Under the pieces are notes generated by a model that was given only the letters and a program-made list of their open reading frames with translations, was not told the origin of the DNA and made no database searches. Below, one piece after another: positions 34,008 through 43,104 of a stretch of DNA of 43,104 bases (within the stretch, counting starts at the first letter, position 1; every line of letters begins with the position of its first letter). A program made the position numbers and the translations under genes. This DNA comes from a virus (Duplodnaviria > Caudoviricetes): positions 1-43,104 of the IMG/VR virus record IMGVR_UViG_3300044852_000024; one strand, written 5' to 3'.

Positions 34008-34877
34008 ATGTCCAGGCGCTACTTTATCGAAAATGGACAAACGATCAGTCCGGCTATGGGCCTGGATGCTTCCGGCGCGCTTGTGTCATTCCTCTTCTAT
34101 GACGCTGGCGGCCTGCCTGTCGCCGTCACTGGCCTGCCAACTGTCTCGCGCAGCCTGTACGACAGCGGCAACATCTTCCAGGGCGTCTATCCGCTCAGCA
34201 CGAATGAGTGGCGCTTCAATGGTCCCGCTTCCAGGGTGAAGATCGACCTGACTGGAGTGACTGGCTACACGACTTATCGAGTGATTATTTGGCGGACCAA
34301 TGATCCGCTTGACATGACCCCCGACGGCTCGTTCTCCGGCCTGCGCGCAATCATCACCCAGCCGTATACCGAGGCCAACGTCAAGAATGGCTTGCAGTAT
34401 AACCTTCGTGCGACCTGGCCCTTGCTTGATACGATTGCCGCTGGCGCAACTCGCAAGATATGGGTCAAGACCAATGCGAAGCCGGTCATCGTCAAGCTTC
34501 GCGAGGTTCAATTTATCGCTGAAGAACTGGTGTTGCGCTTGTTTCGCGGCCCGACCACAGTGACGGCTGGCACCGATTTGACCATCCATGGATACAATGC
34601 CGTATCCCAAGTGGCGACAACCGTCCAGGCTAAGAAGAACGTGACTACCGTTGCCGACGGAACTGAGTTCGACGCGGCAGATCCTGAAGTGTTTTTCGGC
34701 TCGGCGAACGCACCTCAGCGCGGGGTTGCCTTTGCCTTGCAAGGTCGCGAGCGCATCCTTCCAGCGAACACCGAGTTCATCGTCTCGATCACCAATAGCG
34801 GCACCGGGGTCGCTCGGGCGCAATACTTCCTTGATTGGTATGAGGGGAATACAGATCTGCCTTTAAAGATCTCTTGA
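34008..34877 (+). CDS. Hypothetical beta-rich protein, probable virion decoration
   Basis: ATG at 34008 after AAGGA; 289 aa, Thr/Val/Gly-rich; lies in the head module. Confidence 0.6.
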   Translation: MSRRYFIENGQTISPAMGLDASGALVSFLFYDAGGLPVAVTGLPTVSRSLYDSGNIFQGVYPLSTNEWRFNGPASRVKIDLTGVTGYTTYRVIIWRTNDPLDMTPDGSFSGLRAIITQPYTEANVKNGLQYNLRATWPLLDTIAAGATRKIWVKTNAKPVIVKLREVQFIAEELVLRLFRGPTTVTAGTDLTIHGYNAVSQVATTVQAKKNVTTVADGTEFDAADPEVFFGSANAPQRGVAFALQGRERILPANTEFIVSITNSGTGVARAQYFLDWYEGNTDLPLKIS

Positions 34878-35357
34878 GAAGTCGCCGTGAAGCGCTAGCC
34901 TTGCTTTTTGCACGGCTAGCGCCGCCTCATCAATTGTGCCGAAACAGCCGATATGACAGCGCTTACCATTAACTCTAACCCTGGCAATGTACCTGCCTCG
35001 ATGCACGCTTACACCCTTGACGCCGGTGGTGCTGTCTTTTCTTACCGTGCAGTTATGGTTGTTTTCGTTTCTTGTGGCAGCCCTTAAATTGGATATTCGG
35101 TTGTCAGACCTATTTCCGTTTATATGGTCTATTTCATGCTCGGGCATTTCACCGAAAACATAAAACCATGCCAGCCTGTGGAGCATGTGCCGGATTCCGA
35201 GAAGGCCGATTTGATAATAGCCGCACGACGACAGAGTTCCCGCCTTTGCTCCTGGGTATGCCATTCTTCCTCTGCGAACCCTCCATGTAAAATCCCCGCT
35301 TTCTTGGTCGTAATGCAAAAAATCAAGAAGCTGTTGGTGCTGGAACGGCTGGCTCAT
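34863..35357 (-). CDS. HNH homing endonuclease with AP2 domain, inserted antisense in the head module
   Basis: 'LHRLAWF...IDHINGNRSDNRISNLR', 'TGVKGV...Y.ARV...IGCF'. Confidence 0.9.
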   Translation of the reverse strand: MSQPFQHQQLLDFLHYDQESGDFTWRVRRGRMAYPGAKAGTLSSCGYYQIGLLGIRHMLHRLAWFYVFGEMPEHEIDHINGNRSDNRISNLRAATRNENNHNCTVRKDSTTGVKGVSVHRGRYIARVRVNGKRCHIGCFGTIDEAALAVQKARLALHGDFSRDL

Positions 35358-35429
35358 AGCTGTCTTCCTCTGGAATCAAGAGGGATACATTATCGACATG
35401 ATCATTAGAAATCAATGGCAATTGTGGAT

Positions 35430-35458
35430 TTGCTTTGCCATCAATCAGGGTTTACAAT
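35430..35458 (+). promoter_or_regulatory. Sigma70-like promoter TTGCTT-17-TACAAT for the capsid operon
   Basis: 17-bp spacing; upstream of the protease ATG at 35487. Confidence 0.5.
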
Positions 35459-35486
35459 TCGGCAAGATTCGTGCCAAGGCTGGATA

Positions 35487-36623
35487 ATGGAAACTCTCAA
35501 GTTCATCGACGTGGCAACCTACGACGGCAGTCTTCGGACGGCTGTCTCTGTTCGCGACGGCGTGCTGGAGTACCTGGGCAGCGAGATCGGCCAAGAGCCG
35601 CCAGACAAGATTTTTACCGTGTACCGATCGCCAGCCACCATTGCCAGCCTTGTTTCGCAGATGCCAGGCATCCCGGTTATTGGCGAACACATCGAGCCAG
35701 GCACCGAACCTGCAAACATTCCGAGCCGCGTTGAATCAGCGTCATTTATCGATGCATTCGATGAGTCGACCAGTTCAACACTGGCCATTCAGAACAAACT
35801 GTTTCTCGATGGCGCCATGCTGGCCGAAATCGAGGGCGGCAAAAATCAATTATCTCTTGGTTACGAAGGCCGCTTAGTTCCCCACGACAAATGGGACTTC
35901 GAACAGCGCGACCTTGTGCCGACCCATCTTGCTACTGTTGACTCTGGCCGCTGCGGTTCTGGCTGCCGCTTCATCGACCGAAAACCAAACCCGGAGGCTA
36001 CCATGCCGAAGAAGTTGCATAAGGCGTTCTGTGACGCCGAAGGGGCTCTCAGCCTTGCACAGATCGTTGAACTGGCGGCTGGCCTGCCGGAAGCGATCAA
36101 AAACGTACCTGCCGACAAGCTTTCTGAGCTGCTGCCAGCACTCCAGGAAATCATGGCTGCTGCTGAGGCTGCCGGTGTCGAAAAGGCTCCTGCTGATCCG
36201 GTCGTCGAAGAAGTGCCGGTGATGACCGACGAAGAAGCCGCCAAGCTGGTCGACGAAAGCGCTGGCGCCGTAACTGGCGACCCGGTGAAAGTCACCGACT
36301 CCATGCGCAAGGTGCTTGCTCAGAAGTTCAGCGATGCCACTCGCAAGGCTGTTGACTCCGCCGTCAAGGTTCACGCCTCAGTCATCGACAAGGCTCGCAC
36401 CATCCTGCCGGAAACCTACAGCTTCGCCGACAAGTCGACCGCGCAACTGATGCGTGACGCCCTGGCTGTTGAGCATGGTTCGCAGAAGTTCAGCGACTCC
36501 GAGCTGTCGGTAGCCTTCAAGCTGCTGAAGAAATCCGGTGGCGAATATCAAACCTTCGGTGACCGCTCTGCCGATGACAACAGCCTTTCGGCTCGACTCA
36601 AAAAAGAACAGGAAGGTAAATAA
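35487..36623 (+). CDS. Prohead protease/scaffold (DUF2213-like)
   Basis: 'RDGVLEYLGSEIG...VYRSP', 'QLSLGY', 'HLATVDSGRCGSGCRFID'; acidic helical C-terminal half. Confidence 0.85.
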   Translation: METLKFIDVATYDGSLRTAVSVRDGVLEYLGSEIGQEPPDKIFTVYRSPATIASLVSQMPGIPVIGEHIEPGTEPANIPSRVESASFIDAFDESTSSTLAIQNKLFLDGAMLAEIEGGKNQLSLGYEGRLVPHDKWDFEQRDLVPTHLATVDSGRCGSGCRFIDRKPNPEATMPKKLHKAFCDAEGALSLAQIVELAAGLPEAIKNVPADKLSELLPALQEIMAAAEAAGVEKAPADPVVEEVPVMTDEEAAKLVDESAGAVTGDPVKVTDSMRKVLAQKFSDATRKAVDSAVKVHASVIDKARTILPETYSFADKSTAQLMRDALAVEHGSQKFSDSELSVAFKLLKKSGGEYQTFGDRSADDNSLSARLKKEQEGK

Positions 36624-36625
36624 TC

Positions 36626-37111
36626 ATGTCCTTTAACACTACTGTTGTCGCCACTCCACCGGACCTGATGCCTGGCGAATTCATCGCCGCATCGCCTTAC
36701 AACTGCTCGGCGTTCGACGTCTGGGAAGAAGGCTTGGTCCCTGGCCGTTTCGTCAAGTACGACACCGGCTCCATTGACCTGCTCGACACCTCGGCTACCC
36801 CGGTGATCGCTGGCGTTGTTCGCCGCAAGATCTCCAGCGCACTGGAAAACCTGACCTACACCAAGCTGGGCATAGCGCCTGACCAAGTGGCCGAGGTCGT
36901 TAACTTCGGTTTCGTCACCGTTGAAGTCCTGGCTGGCGATACTCCGGCTCGCTTCCAGCAGGTCTACGCCGTGAACACCGCTGGCGCCAACCTCGGCAAG
37001 GCGAGCGAAACCGCAACCAACAACGTAATCGTGCCTGGCGCGGTATTCTGGGAGCCTAAACGCCCTGGATGCTGGCTCGTTCTGATTCCAAAATACCTGA
37101 CCGGGGTTTAA
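36626..37111 (+). CDS. Capsid cement/decoration protein
   Basis: 161 aa between the protease and the major capsid gene. Confidence 0.7.
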   Translation: MSFNTTVVATPPDLMPGEFIAASPYNCSAFDVWEEGLVPGRFVKYDTGSIDLLDTSATPVIAGVVRRKISSALENLTYTKLGIAPDQVAEVVNFGFVTVEVLAGDTPARFQQVYAVNTAGANLGKASETATNNVIVPGAVFWEPKRPGCWLVLIPKYLTGV

Positions 37112-37114
37112 GTC

Positions 37115-38098
37115 ATGAGCAAAATTATCAAGCCTGATCCGTTCAAGCTGTACAACATTAAGTCGTTTGAAGACAAGGCTGCGCACGCCAAGAAGTTCAC
37201 CGACGCCGGTGGCATCATCCTGGCGCGCAACCTGGAACACCTCAGCACCGAGATCTTCACTCAGGAATATCCTGAGCTGACCTTCTTGATGCAGGGCATC
37301 GTCGTCAACAACGAAGGTGGCTACGCCGACACGATCAAGAAGATCAAGTTGGCTATTGCCGGTGATTTCCGCGAAATGGGCACCAACACCAACACCACCG
37401 GCAAGATCACGCTGGAAGGTGAAGACGACAACATCCCTGTGTTCAGCATGGATGCCGAGTCTGACTGGTCCGAGATCGAGCTGAAGAAGGCCGAGCTGCA
37501 AAACATTAACCTGCCAAGCCGGTTCATGGAAGCGCACAACGAGCTGTACAACCGCAAGATCGATGCCATCGGCTATGTTGGCCAGGTTCGTTCGAACGGC
37601 ACGTTCAAGACTCGCGGTCTGCTGAACTATGCTGGCTGGGATACCGATACGTCTGCCGGCCTGGCCTCCGCGCTGACCAGCCAAGAGCTGTACGATGAGA
37701 TCGCTGGCCTGATCAACCGTCAGTGGGCCAACGTGTTCAACGTGCCAGCCTACATGGCTGATCATGTGACCATGCCTTGGTCGGTGTACAACATCGCCAC
37801 CACGAAGATCCTGAACTCGGCTGCCGGTTCGTCCAGCGTGCTGCGTGCCTTGCAGGACAACTTCCCTGGCATCACCTTCGGCATGACCAACCAAGCTGAA
37901 GCCGGCAATGCTGCCGTGACCTCGGTGACCGTAGCGTTCTCGCGCAACCGTCGCGCCATGCAGTTCCGTCTGCCGGTTCCGCTGGAAATCTCCAGCATCG
38001 ATCAGCGCGGGTTCAAGTACTACATGGAGTCGTACTTCTCCATCGCTGGCCTAGACGTGATTGAAGATGGCGCTGCTGCCACTTTGACCGGTCTCTGA
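37115..38098 (+). CDS. Major capsid protein (DUF2184-like, HK97 fold)
   Basis: 327 aa; strong codon bias; 'WSEIELKKA', 'GLLN'; position in the head module. Confidence 0.88.
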   Translation: MSKIIKPDPFKLYNIKSFEDKAAHAKKFTDAGGIILARNLEHLSTEIFTQEYPELTFLMQGIVVNNEGGYADTIKKIKLAIAGDFREMGTNTNTTGKITLEGEDDNIPVFSMDAESDWSEIELKKAELQNINLPSRFMEAHNELYNRKIDAIGYVGQVRSNGTFKTRGLLNYAGWDTDTSAGLASALTSQELYDEIAGLINRQWANVFNVPAYMADHVTMPWSVYNIATTKILNSAAGSSSVLRALQDNFPGITFGMTNQAEAGNAAVTSVTVAFSRNRRAMQFRLPVPLEISSIDQRGFKYYMESYFSIAGLDVIEDGAAATLTGL

Positions 38099-38143
38099 TT
38101 TCCCTAGGCGCAAGGATGCGCCGCCTATTCAGGAGGGTTTGCT

Positions 38144-38410
38144 ATGAGCAAATCACAGAAGAATTCCGAGCCTAGCGCCGAAGATCTGGCGAAGGGCAAT
38201 GAAGAGATCAAGGCTGACATCCAGGCTCGGTTTGATGCCAAGCAGGAAGAAGGATCGGTCGTCATCGTCAACCTGCAAGCTAACCCGATGAGCGCCCTCG
38301 GCTTGACTGGCTACGGAGAAGCAACGTTGTCCGCCTTGCAACTGGCAGACCCGCGCTTTGCCGCCAAGGTTGAGCGGGCTAAATCCCTCGGCCTGATCAA
38401 GGTGAAATAA
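38144..38410 (+). CDS. Small head-associated protein
   Basis: 88 aa; AGGAGG RBS. Confidence 0.7.
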   Translation: MSKSQKNSEPSAEDLAKGNEEIKADIQARFDAKQEEGSVVIVNLQANPMSALGLTGYGEATLSALQLADPRFAAKVERAKSLGLIKVK

Positions 38411-38742
38411 TGACTATCCAGACCGATTTCGAAGCCCGCTTCCCGCTCATCCCTTGGGTTGAGGAAATCGCGTCGACCTGGATTTATTACACCTGCCTGC
38501 AATACAGCGACTCAACCAAGGAGGCGATCCTTAACCTGATCGCCCACTTGTTGACGCTCGCAACACTTCCAGGCTCCGGCTCGTCTCGTAACGTCGCCAG
38601 CAAATCGGTTGGCAGCGTCTCGGTTTCCTACGAGGCATCTGCAACTGTCGGCAGCAACCTGGCTTCTTGGTACAACACCACTCGTTACGGCCAGACTTAC
38701 TGGCTGCTCACCGGTCGCCGTGTCGGGGCTCGCTTTGTATGA
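38410..38742 (+). CDS. Head-tail adaptor (DUF4054-like)
   Basis: 'F.ARFP', 'LIAHLL', 'SKSVGSVSVSY', 'TRYGQ.YW'. Confidence 0.82.
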   Translation: MTIQTDFEARFPLIPWVEEIASTWIYYTCLQYSDSTKEAILNLIAHLLTLATLPGSGSSRNVASKSVGSVSVSYEASATVGSNLASWYNTTRYGQTYWLLTGRRVGARFV

Positions 38743-39218
38743 CTCCGAAAGAGGTCTTGGCGCTGGCGCAAAACCAGCTCAAGGCTATGGAGCGCGCCAA
38801 AAATGCAGTCGTGAAGGTAGGCCTGCCTGCAAGTGAGGCGGCGACCAGCAAGGCCTACAAATCCGATGGCGACAAGTCTGCGCCAACAGTTCTAGAGGTT
38901 GGCATCTGGCATGAGTACGGAACTCGATTTGTGCCGATGCGATCCTTTCTCCGCGCCCCATTCATTGAAAAGCAAGCCAACCTGAAGAAGATCATCGACG
39001 GGCAATTTAAACTCGTCCTTGAGAAAGGGCTTGATGTCGAAGTGGCTCTGGGTCGCGTCGGTCTTGCTGCCAGGAACATCAGTGTCGGCGCATTCAAAAC
39101 GCAGGGATATGGAACCTGGCAGGACATCGAGCAATCGACCAAGGATGCCAAGGGTTCTTCTGGTATCCTGATTGACACCGGGCTTCTTCGGAACTCCATT
39201 ACCTGGGTGGTTGAATAA
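38739..39218 (+). CDS. Neck/tail-completion protein
   Basis: 'WHEYGT..VPMRSFLR', 'LIDTGLLRNSIT'. Confidence 0.78.
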   Translation: MTPKEVLALAQNQLKAMERAKNAVVKVGLPASEAATSKAYKSDGDKSAPTVLEVGIWHEYGTRFVPMRSFLRAPFIEKQANLKKIIDGQFKLVLEKGLDVEVALGRVGLAARNISVGAFKTQGYGTWQDIEQSTKDAKGSSGILIDTGLLRNSITWVVE

Positions 39219-39565
39219 TGCTTCCTGACATGTCCGAAGTCCTTACCGAATGGTCGCAACCTGTCGTGCTGAAAACTGTCAGCGAAACGACTGTCGACTT
39301 CGTGCCGACCACCACCATTGTCGGCGCGAACATCATGGCCGTGGTCCAGCCGGCAGATCCTGAAAAGCTCAAGGTCGAGCAGATTGATTTCTCCCTTGAG
39401 TACATCCAGATTCACAGCGTCAGCCCGATGGCTATCGGCCAATACGTCGAATGGCTTGGTCGCGACTTCAAGCTGGTCCCGTTCCGCAAAGGCTACGGCC
39501 AGTACGGCTACACCGAGTCTGTTGGCGAAGAAACGAAACTTCCGCTGCTGGTGCCGACGCCATGA
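39218..39565 (+). CDS. Head closure/stopper protein
   Basis: 115 aa; 'AVVQP'; position in the neck module. Confidence 0.65.
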   Translation: MLPDMSEVLTEWSQPVVLKTVSETTVDFVPTTTIVGANIMAVVQPADPEKLKVEQIDFSLEYIQIHSVSPMAIGQYVEWLGRDFKLVPFRKGYGQYGYTESVGEETKLPLLVPTP

Positions 39566-40068
39566 CCGAACCAATCCTGATCCAGCTTCAGCGCTACGTG
39601 CGCGACCTTCTTCCGCATCCCGAAGAATTCATCAAAGCTGGCCGCGTCAACTTCAATCGCCAGGAGTTCGAACAGCCCTACATCGTGGTTGACTCGCTCT
39701 CGCCTGATGTACCGCTGGCCAGCTCATCCGACTACAACGAAGTCGACGAAGAGATGCGCTACACCGAACTGGTGTCCCGAGCTTTCACGTTCGACTTCTA
39801 CGGCCCTACAGCCGCAACACTGTGCAGCCGCTTCAGGCTCCTGGCTCGCAGCGAAGCATCTCTTCAGCTTCAGCAAGACCAAGGTTTCACTGTTTACCAT
39901 CCGGGCGCAGCGACCAACGTCAAGCAACTGACCGGCCAGCAGTACGGCGAACGCATGCAACTAGAATGCCAAGTCCACTACAGCCCGTCCTTGATTGTTG
40001 ATATACTGCGTATCGACATCGCACAACTTCGCATAATCGGCGAACGAGGTTTGATCTATGAGCAATAA
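39562..40068 (+). CDS. Tail terminator protein
   Basis: 168 aa before the sheath gene; 'FDFYGP'. Confidence 0.65.
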   Translation: MTEPILIQLQRYVRDLLPHPEEFIKAGRVNFNRQEFEQPYIVVDSLSPDVPLASSSDYNEVDEEMRYTELVSRAFTFDFYGPTAATLCSRFRLLARSEASLQLQQDQGFTVYHPGAATNVKQLTGQQYGERMQLECQVHYSPSLIVDILRIDIAQLRIIGERGLIYEQ

Positions 40069-41560
40069 CGCAAGCATCACGAACGTGATCAACGTCGCGC
40101 TGATTCCCGAGGGGCGTCAAGCCGAGCGCGATAACATGAATACTGTCGCGGTACTGACCAGTGAAACCGGCGTGATCTTCAGCGCCGAGCGTTTCCGCAG
40201 TTACCGTGATGCCGCCGCTGTTGAAGCCGACTTCGGCACGGCGTCGATCACCACTCAATATGCACAGGCGGTATTCGGCACCAAGCCAAACCCGATCAAC
40301 TTCGGCGGCTCGCTGATTATCGGCCTGCATCGCGCCGTGGCCGAGACTGTTCCGGCGACCGCTGCGACACTGAAAAGCACGCAGCTCGTTGAAGCGACAA
40401 TTGTTTCGCAACTCCAGACCATCACCGACGGCAGCTTCAACATCACCGTCGATGCGACCCCGGTTGTCGCGGCTTCGCTCAACTTCAGCGCGGCCACTAC
40501 CCTGGACGCCATTGCTGCGATTCTCGATACCGCCATCACTGGCGCAGTCGTGTCGCACAATAACGGTTATCTGACCGTGACCAGCTCGACGACTGGCGCG
40601 ACCAGTCTGCTGACCTACATGACTCCAGGCCCAACCGGAACTTTCGTTGGTGCGCTGCTGACCATGTCGAATGGTACTGGCGGTACGCTGACCCAAGGCG
40701 CGGCATCTGTCGTGCTACCAATCGAAACCAAGGTTCAGTCGATCAGCGCGCTGAAGGCACTGGTCAACATCAAAGGCGCCGTCTTCACCGACATCGTCCT
40801 GGATGCTGAAGTGCCAACCCTGGCCGCGTGGTCGAAGGCGAATCAGATCATCCTTTACAACGTCTTCACCGGTTCCGCCTATTTCACCGTGGCGAGTACC
40901 AACCCGGTTTGGGCTGTCAAGCTGGCGAGCCAAGACACTTTCCGCTGTCTGTTCAGCAAGGCAGGTAATCGCCTGATGGCTGCGAGCTACATGGCGCGCA
41001 CTCATACGGTGAACTTCAATGCCGAAAACTCGGCGATGACGATGAACCTGAAAGAGTTGAGTGTTCCTGCCGAGTCGTACAGCCAGACCGAGATCGATTC
41101 GGCCAAGCGCGTCGGTATGGACATCTACACGACCATCAAGGATACGCCGGCTGTGTTGACCAGCGGCGCCAACGATTTCGTTGACGACGTGTACAACATC
41201 ATCGCGTTCATCGACGCCATTCAGACCGACATGTTCAACGTCCTGAAGGCGACCGGCACCAAGCTGGCGCAGATCACTCGCGACGTGAACAAGCTGGTTG
41301 CGACTGCCGAGAAGACCTCTCGCGGTTTCGTTCGCGCCAACGTCTTCGGCCCTGGCGCATGGTCGAGCCCGGACACCTTCGGCAATATCGACACCTTCAA
41401 CCGCAACATCGAGCAGTTCGGTTTCTACTGGCTGGCCGGGTTGTTGCGTGATCAGCCTCAAGCGGATCGAGCCGCACGGAAATCGCCAGTGATTCAGGGC
41501 GCCGTGAAGAATGCTGGCGCGATTCACTCGGTCGACATCATCATCAATTTCAACCTGTAA
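40058..41560 (+). CDS. Tail sheath protein (DUF3383-like)
   Basis: 500 aa; 'ISNVINV'-like start, 'VEADFG', C-terminal 'R.ARKSP....K.AGAIHSVDI'. Confidence 0.88.
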   Translation: MSNNASITNVINVALIPEGRQAERDNMNTVAVLTSETGVIFSAERFRSYRDAAAVEADFGTASITTQYAQAVFGTKPNPINFGGSLIIGLHRAVAETVPATAATLKSTQLVEATIVSQLQTITDGSFNITVDATPVVAASLNFSAATTLDAIAAILDTAITGAVVSHNNGYLTVTSSTTGATSLLTYMTPGPTGTFVGALLTMSNGTGGTLTQGAASVVLPIETKVQSISALKALVNIKGAVFTDIVLDAEVPTLAAWSKANQIILYNVFTGSAYFTVASTNPVWAVKLASQDTFRCLFSKAGNRLMAASYMARTHTVNFNAENSAMTMNLKELSVPAESYSQTEIDSAKRVGMDIYTTIKDTPAVLTSGANDFVDDVYNIIAFIDAIQTDMFNVLKATGTKLAQITRDVNKLVATAEKTSRGFVRANVFGPGAWSSPDTFGNIDTFNRNIEQFGFYWLAGLLRDQPQADRAARKSPVIQGAVKNAGAIHSVDIIINFNL

Positions 41561-41571
41561 GGGGCTGACCA

Positions 41572-42003
41572 ATGAGTGTTATCACTATCTCGATGGACAG
41601 CGGTTCGCTGATCCTGAATGACTACACGTTCAAGAGCTTTGCGCAGGGCGACTACCTGACGCTCACTCCAGTCAACGCGCACACGTCGCGAGTGAACTCG
41701 GCAGCCGGTGGCGTGACCATCGGCGAGCGCATGGATAAGGACGTGTATGACCTGGCGTTCAGCGTTCAGAAGTACAGCGCCGACGACATCTTCATGCTCA
41801 GCCTGATCAACACTGAGGGCGCCGCCGTTATCGAAGGCTCGGCGAAAGAGTCCTACACCATCGACGGCGGTGCAGGCATGGAAAGCTGGAACCTGGACGG
41901 CGGCAGTATCACCACTTTGCCGACCCAGACCCGGAACAACCAAGACGGTAATGCGCTGATGCAGTACACCGTCCAATTCCGCACCGCGAAACGGAGCTTG
42001 TAA
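41572..42003 (+). CDS. Tail tube protein
   Basis: 143 aa directly after the sheath gene. Confidence 0.78.
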   Translation: MSVITISMDSGSLILNDYTFKSFAQGDYLTLTPVNAHTSRVNSAAGGVTIGERMDKDVYDLAFSVQKYSADDIFMLSLINTEGAAVIEGSAKESYTIDGGAGMESWNLDGGSITTLPTQTRNNQDGNALMQYTVQFRTAKRSL

Positions 42004-42006
42004 TTT

Positions 42007-42423
42007 ATGGGCATGCAGGAGCAACGGGATAAGGCAATGGCTCAGGTGAAGGCCGTCTACGAAGACGGTGAAGCCGAGATCAATGACCGCAAGTATAAGT
42101 TCCACAAGATGACCCACGTCGAACGCCGCAAGGTGTTCGCGTTCTACACGTCGATCAAGCGCCAGATGAGCAGCGAAGACTTCAGCTTTCTCGATACTCC
42201 GCAGTTCGCGGCAGTCGAAGAAGTCATGTGGCCAAACATCTCGCTTGACGGCGTAGCGGTCAGCAAGTTCCGCGACATCTGGGAGCAATACCCAGAGGAC
42301 TATATCCGTCTCGTTTGCGTCGCCATGGGGGTGATGTCCTACCCTTTTATTCGCGCCGCAGGTATCGCCTCAGCATCCCAGTCCGGGGATCAAGCGAAGA
42401 CCTCATCCGAGAAACCAATGTAA
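42007..42423 (+). CDS. Tail assembly chaperone (G-like)
   Basis: 138 aa between tube and tape measure genes; contains slippery CCCTTTT. Confidence 0.75.
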   Translation: MGMQEQRDKAMAQVKAVYEDGEAEINDRKYKFHKMTHVERRKVFAFYTSIKRQMSSEDFSFLDTPQFAAVEEVMWPNISLDGVAVSKFRDIWEQYPEDYIRLVCVAMGVMSYPFIRAAGIASASQSGDQAKTSSEKPM

Positions 42424-42575
42424 GCGGCGAACGAATGGCAATGTTCGCATTGGTTAAGGCCGGGTATGGCAGCCTGGCCGAGATCATGGCGATGGACACC
42501 ACCGAGTTCCTTGACGCCATTGAATTCGAGCAGATCAGCGCCGACATCCAGGCGTATAAGACGGAGCATCGCTGA
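42342..42575 (+). CDS. Tail assembly chaperone -1 frameshift extension (GT-like)
   Basis: C CCT TTT heptamer at 42342-42348 in the zero frame; the -1 frame is open to TGA at 42575, which overlaps the tape measure ATG. Confidence 0.7.
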   Translation, partial: PFYSRRRYRLSIPVRGSSEDLIRETNVSGERMAMFALVKAGYGSLAEIMAMDTTEFLDAIEFEQISADIQAYKTEHR

Positions 42576-43104
42576 TGGCTGTAGTCAACGAACTTGTCAC
42601 GAAGTTCAGCTTTGTCGGGGATCTCTCTCCGCAGCGGGATTTTAACGAAAACCTGAAACTCTCCCTTGCGTTACTGGCTGGTGTTGGTGCTGCCATTGTT
42701 GGTGCTGCTGGCGGCATCTTTGCCTTCGTGGCTTCGACCACAGAAGCCGCTGATGCGCTGCTCGACATGAATGCTGAAACTGGAATCTCTGTCGAGGCCA
42801 TTCAGGAGCTTGGGTTTGCAGCAGCTCTGACAGGCTCCAGCACCGAGGCGATGCAATCGAGCCTTGCCGGTCTATCGAAGGTGGCGGGTGACGCGGCTCG
42901 CGGCCTTGGGCGCGGTCGCAAGGCATTCGAAGATCTCGGCATCAGCGTCAAGGATGCCAGCGGCAACGTGAAGACCGCCGACGTGTTGTTCAACGAGCTG
43001 CGCGAGTCATTCGCCAGGCTCGGCACGGACAAGGGAACCCAGAAGTCCATCATCGCATCGCTCGGCCTGGATCCGTCGACCCTCCAACTGCTGAACGCAA
43101 CCAG
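42575..43104 (+). CDS. Tape measure protein, N-terminal part (missing from the ORF track because it has no stop in the window)
   Basis: MAVVNELVTKFSF...TGISVEAIQELGFAA...KAFEDLGISVKDASG; continues into position 6. Confidence 0.85.
   Translation, partial: MAVVNELVTKFSFVGDLSPQRDFNENLKLSLALLAGVGAAIVGAAGGIFAFVASTTEAADALLDMNAETGISVEAIQELGFAAALTGSSTEAMQSSLAGLSKVAGDAARGLGRGRKAFEDLGISVKDASGNVKTADVLFNELRESFARLGTDKGTQKSIIASLGLDPSTLQLLNAT
42978..43104. repeat. 127-bp terminal direct repeat (copy 2)
   Basis: Identical to 1-127. Confidence 0.95.

Noticed and set aside
36548-37894. Long antisense ORFs (448 aa here; also 5583-6701, 40715-41572, 12814-13629)
   Set aside because: Shadow frames of GC3-biased real genes on the opposite strand; no motifs or RBS
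42978-43104. 127-bp terminal repeat as physical genome ends (DTR)
   Set aside because: It falls mid-gene in the tape measure, and 127 equals a common assembler k-mer; best explained as circular overlap

Overview
The window is a complete, circularly permuted tailed-phage genome of about 42,977 bp: positions 1-127 repeat exactly at 42978-43104, most likely an assembler overlap that splits the tape-measure gene. It is a small contractile-tailed (myovirus-type) phage with a PBSX-type TerL, DUF1073-type portal, DUF2213-type protease, DUF2184-type capsid, DUF3383-type sheath, baseplate J and GH108 endolysin. The host is probably Pseudomonas (inferred from protein styles). I saw no integrase or CI-type repressor. 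Late genes lie on + (29.4-43.1 kb and 0-11 kb); early and replication genes lie mostly on - (11-28 kb). Family names come from motif recognition by eye, not from searches. The most interesting signals are non-coding. (1) A promoter-to-terminator small RNA of about 60 nt (~21290-21350) carries an 11-nt sequence antisense to a conserved Shine-Dalgarno motif, UGACAGGAGCA, shared by five early genes. (2) An ~835-nt non-coding transcript between the origin and terS holds two covarying copies of a kissing-loop, tRNA-shaped RNA, plus a T-arm tRNA-like element and a boxA. (3) A genome-wide regulon of sigma70 promoters overlaps an 11-bp pseudo-palindromic operator, ATART-N-AYTAT, and a tandem two-domain Cro-like protein is the candidate regulator. 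(4) A c4/CI-like antisense attenuator precedes an HNH gene. There are also two candidate -1 frameshifts and several unannotated small membrane peptides.
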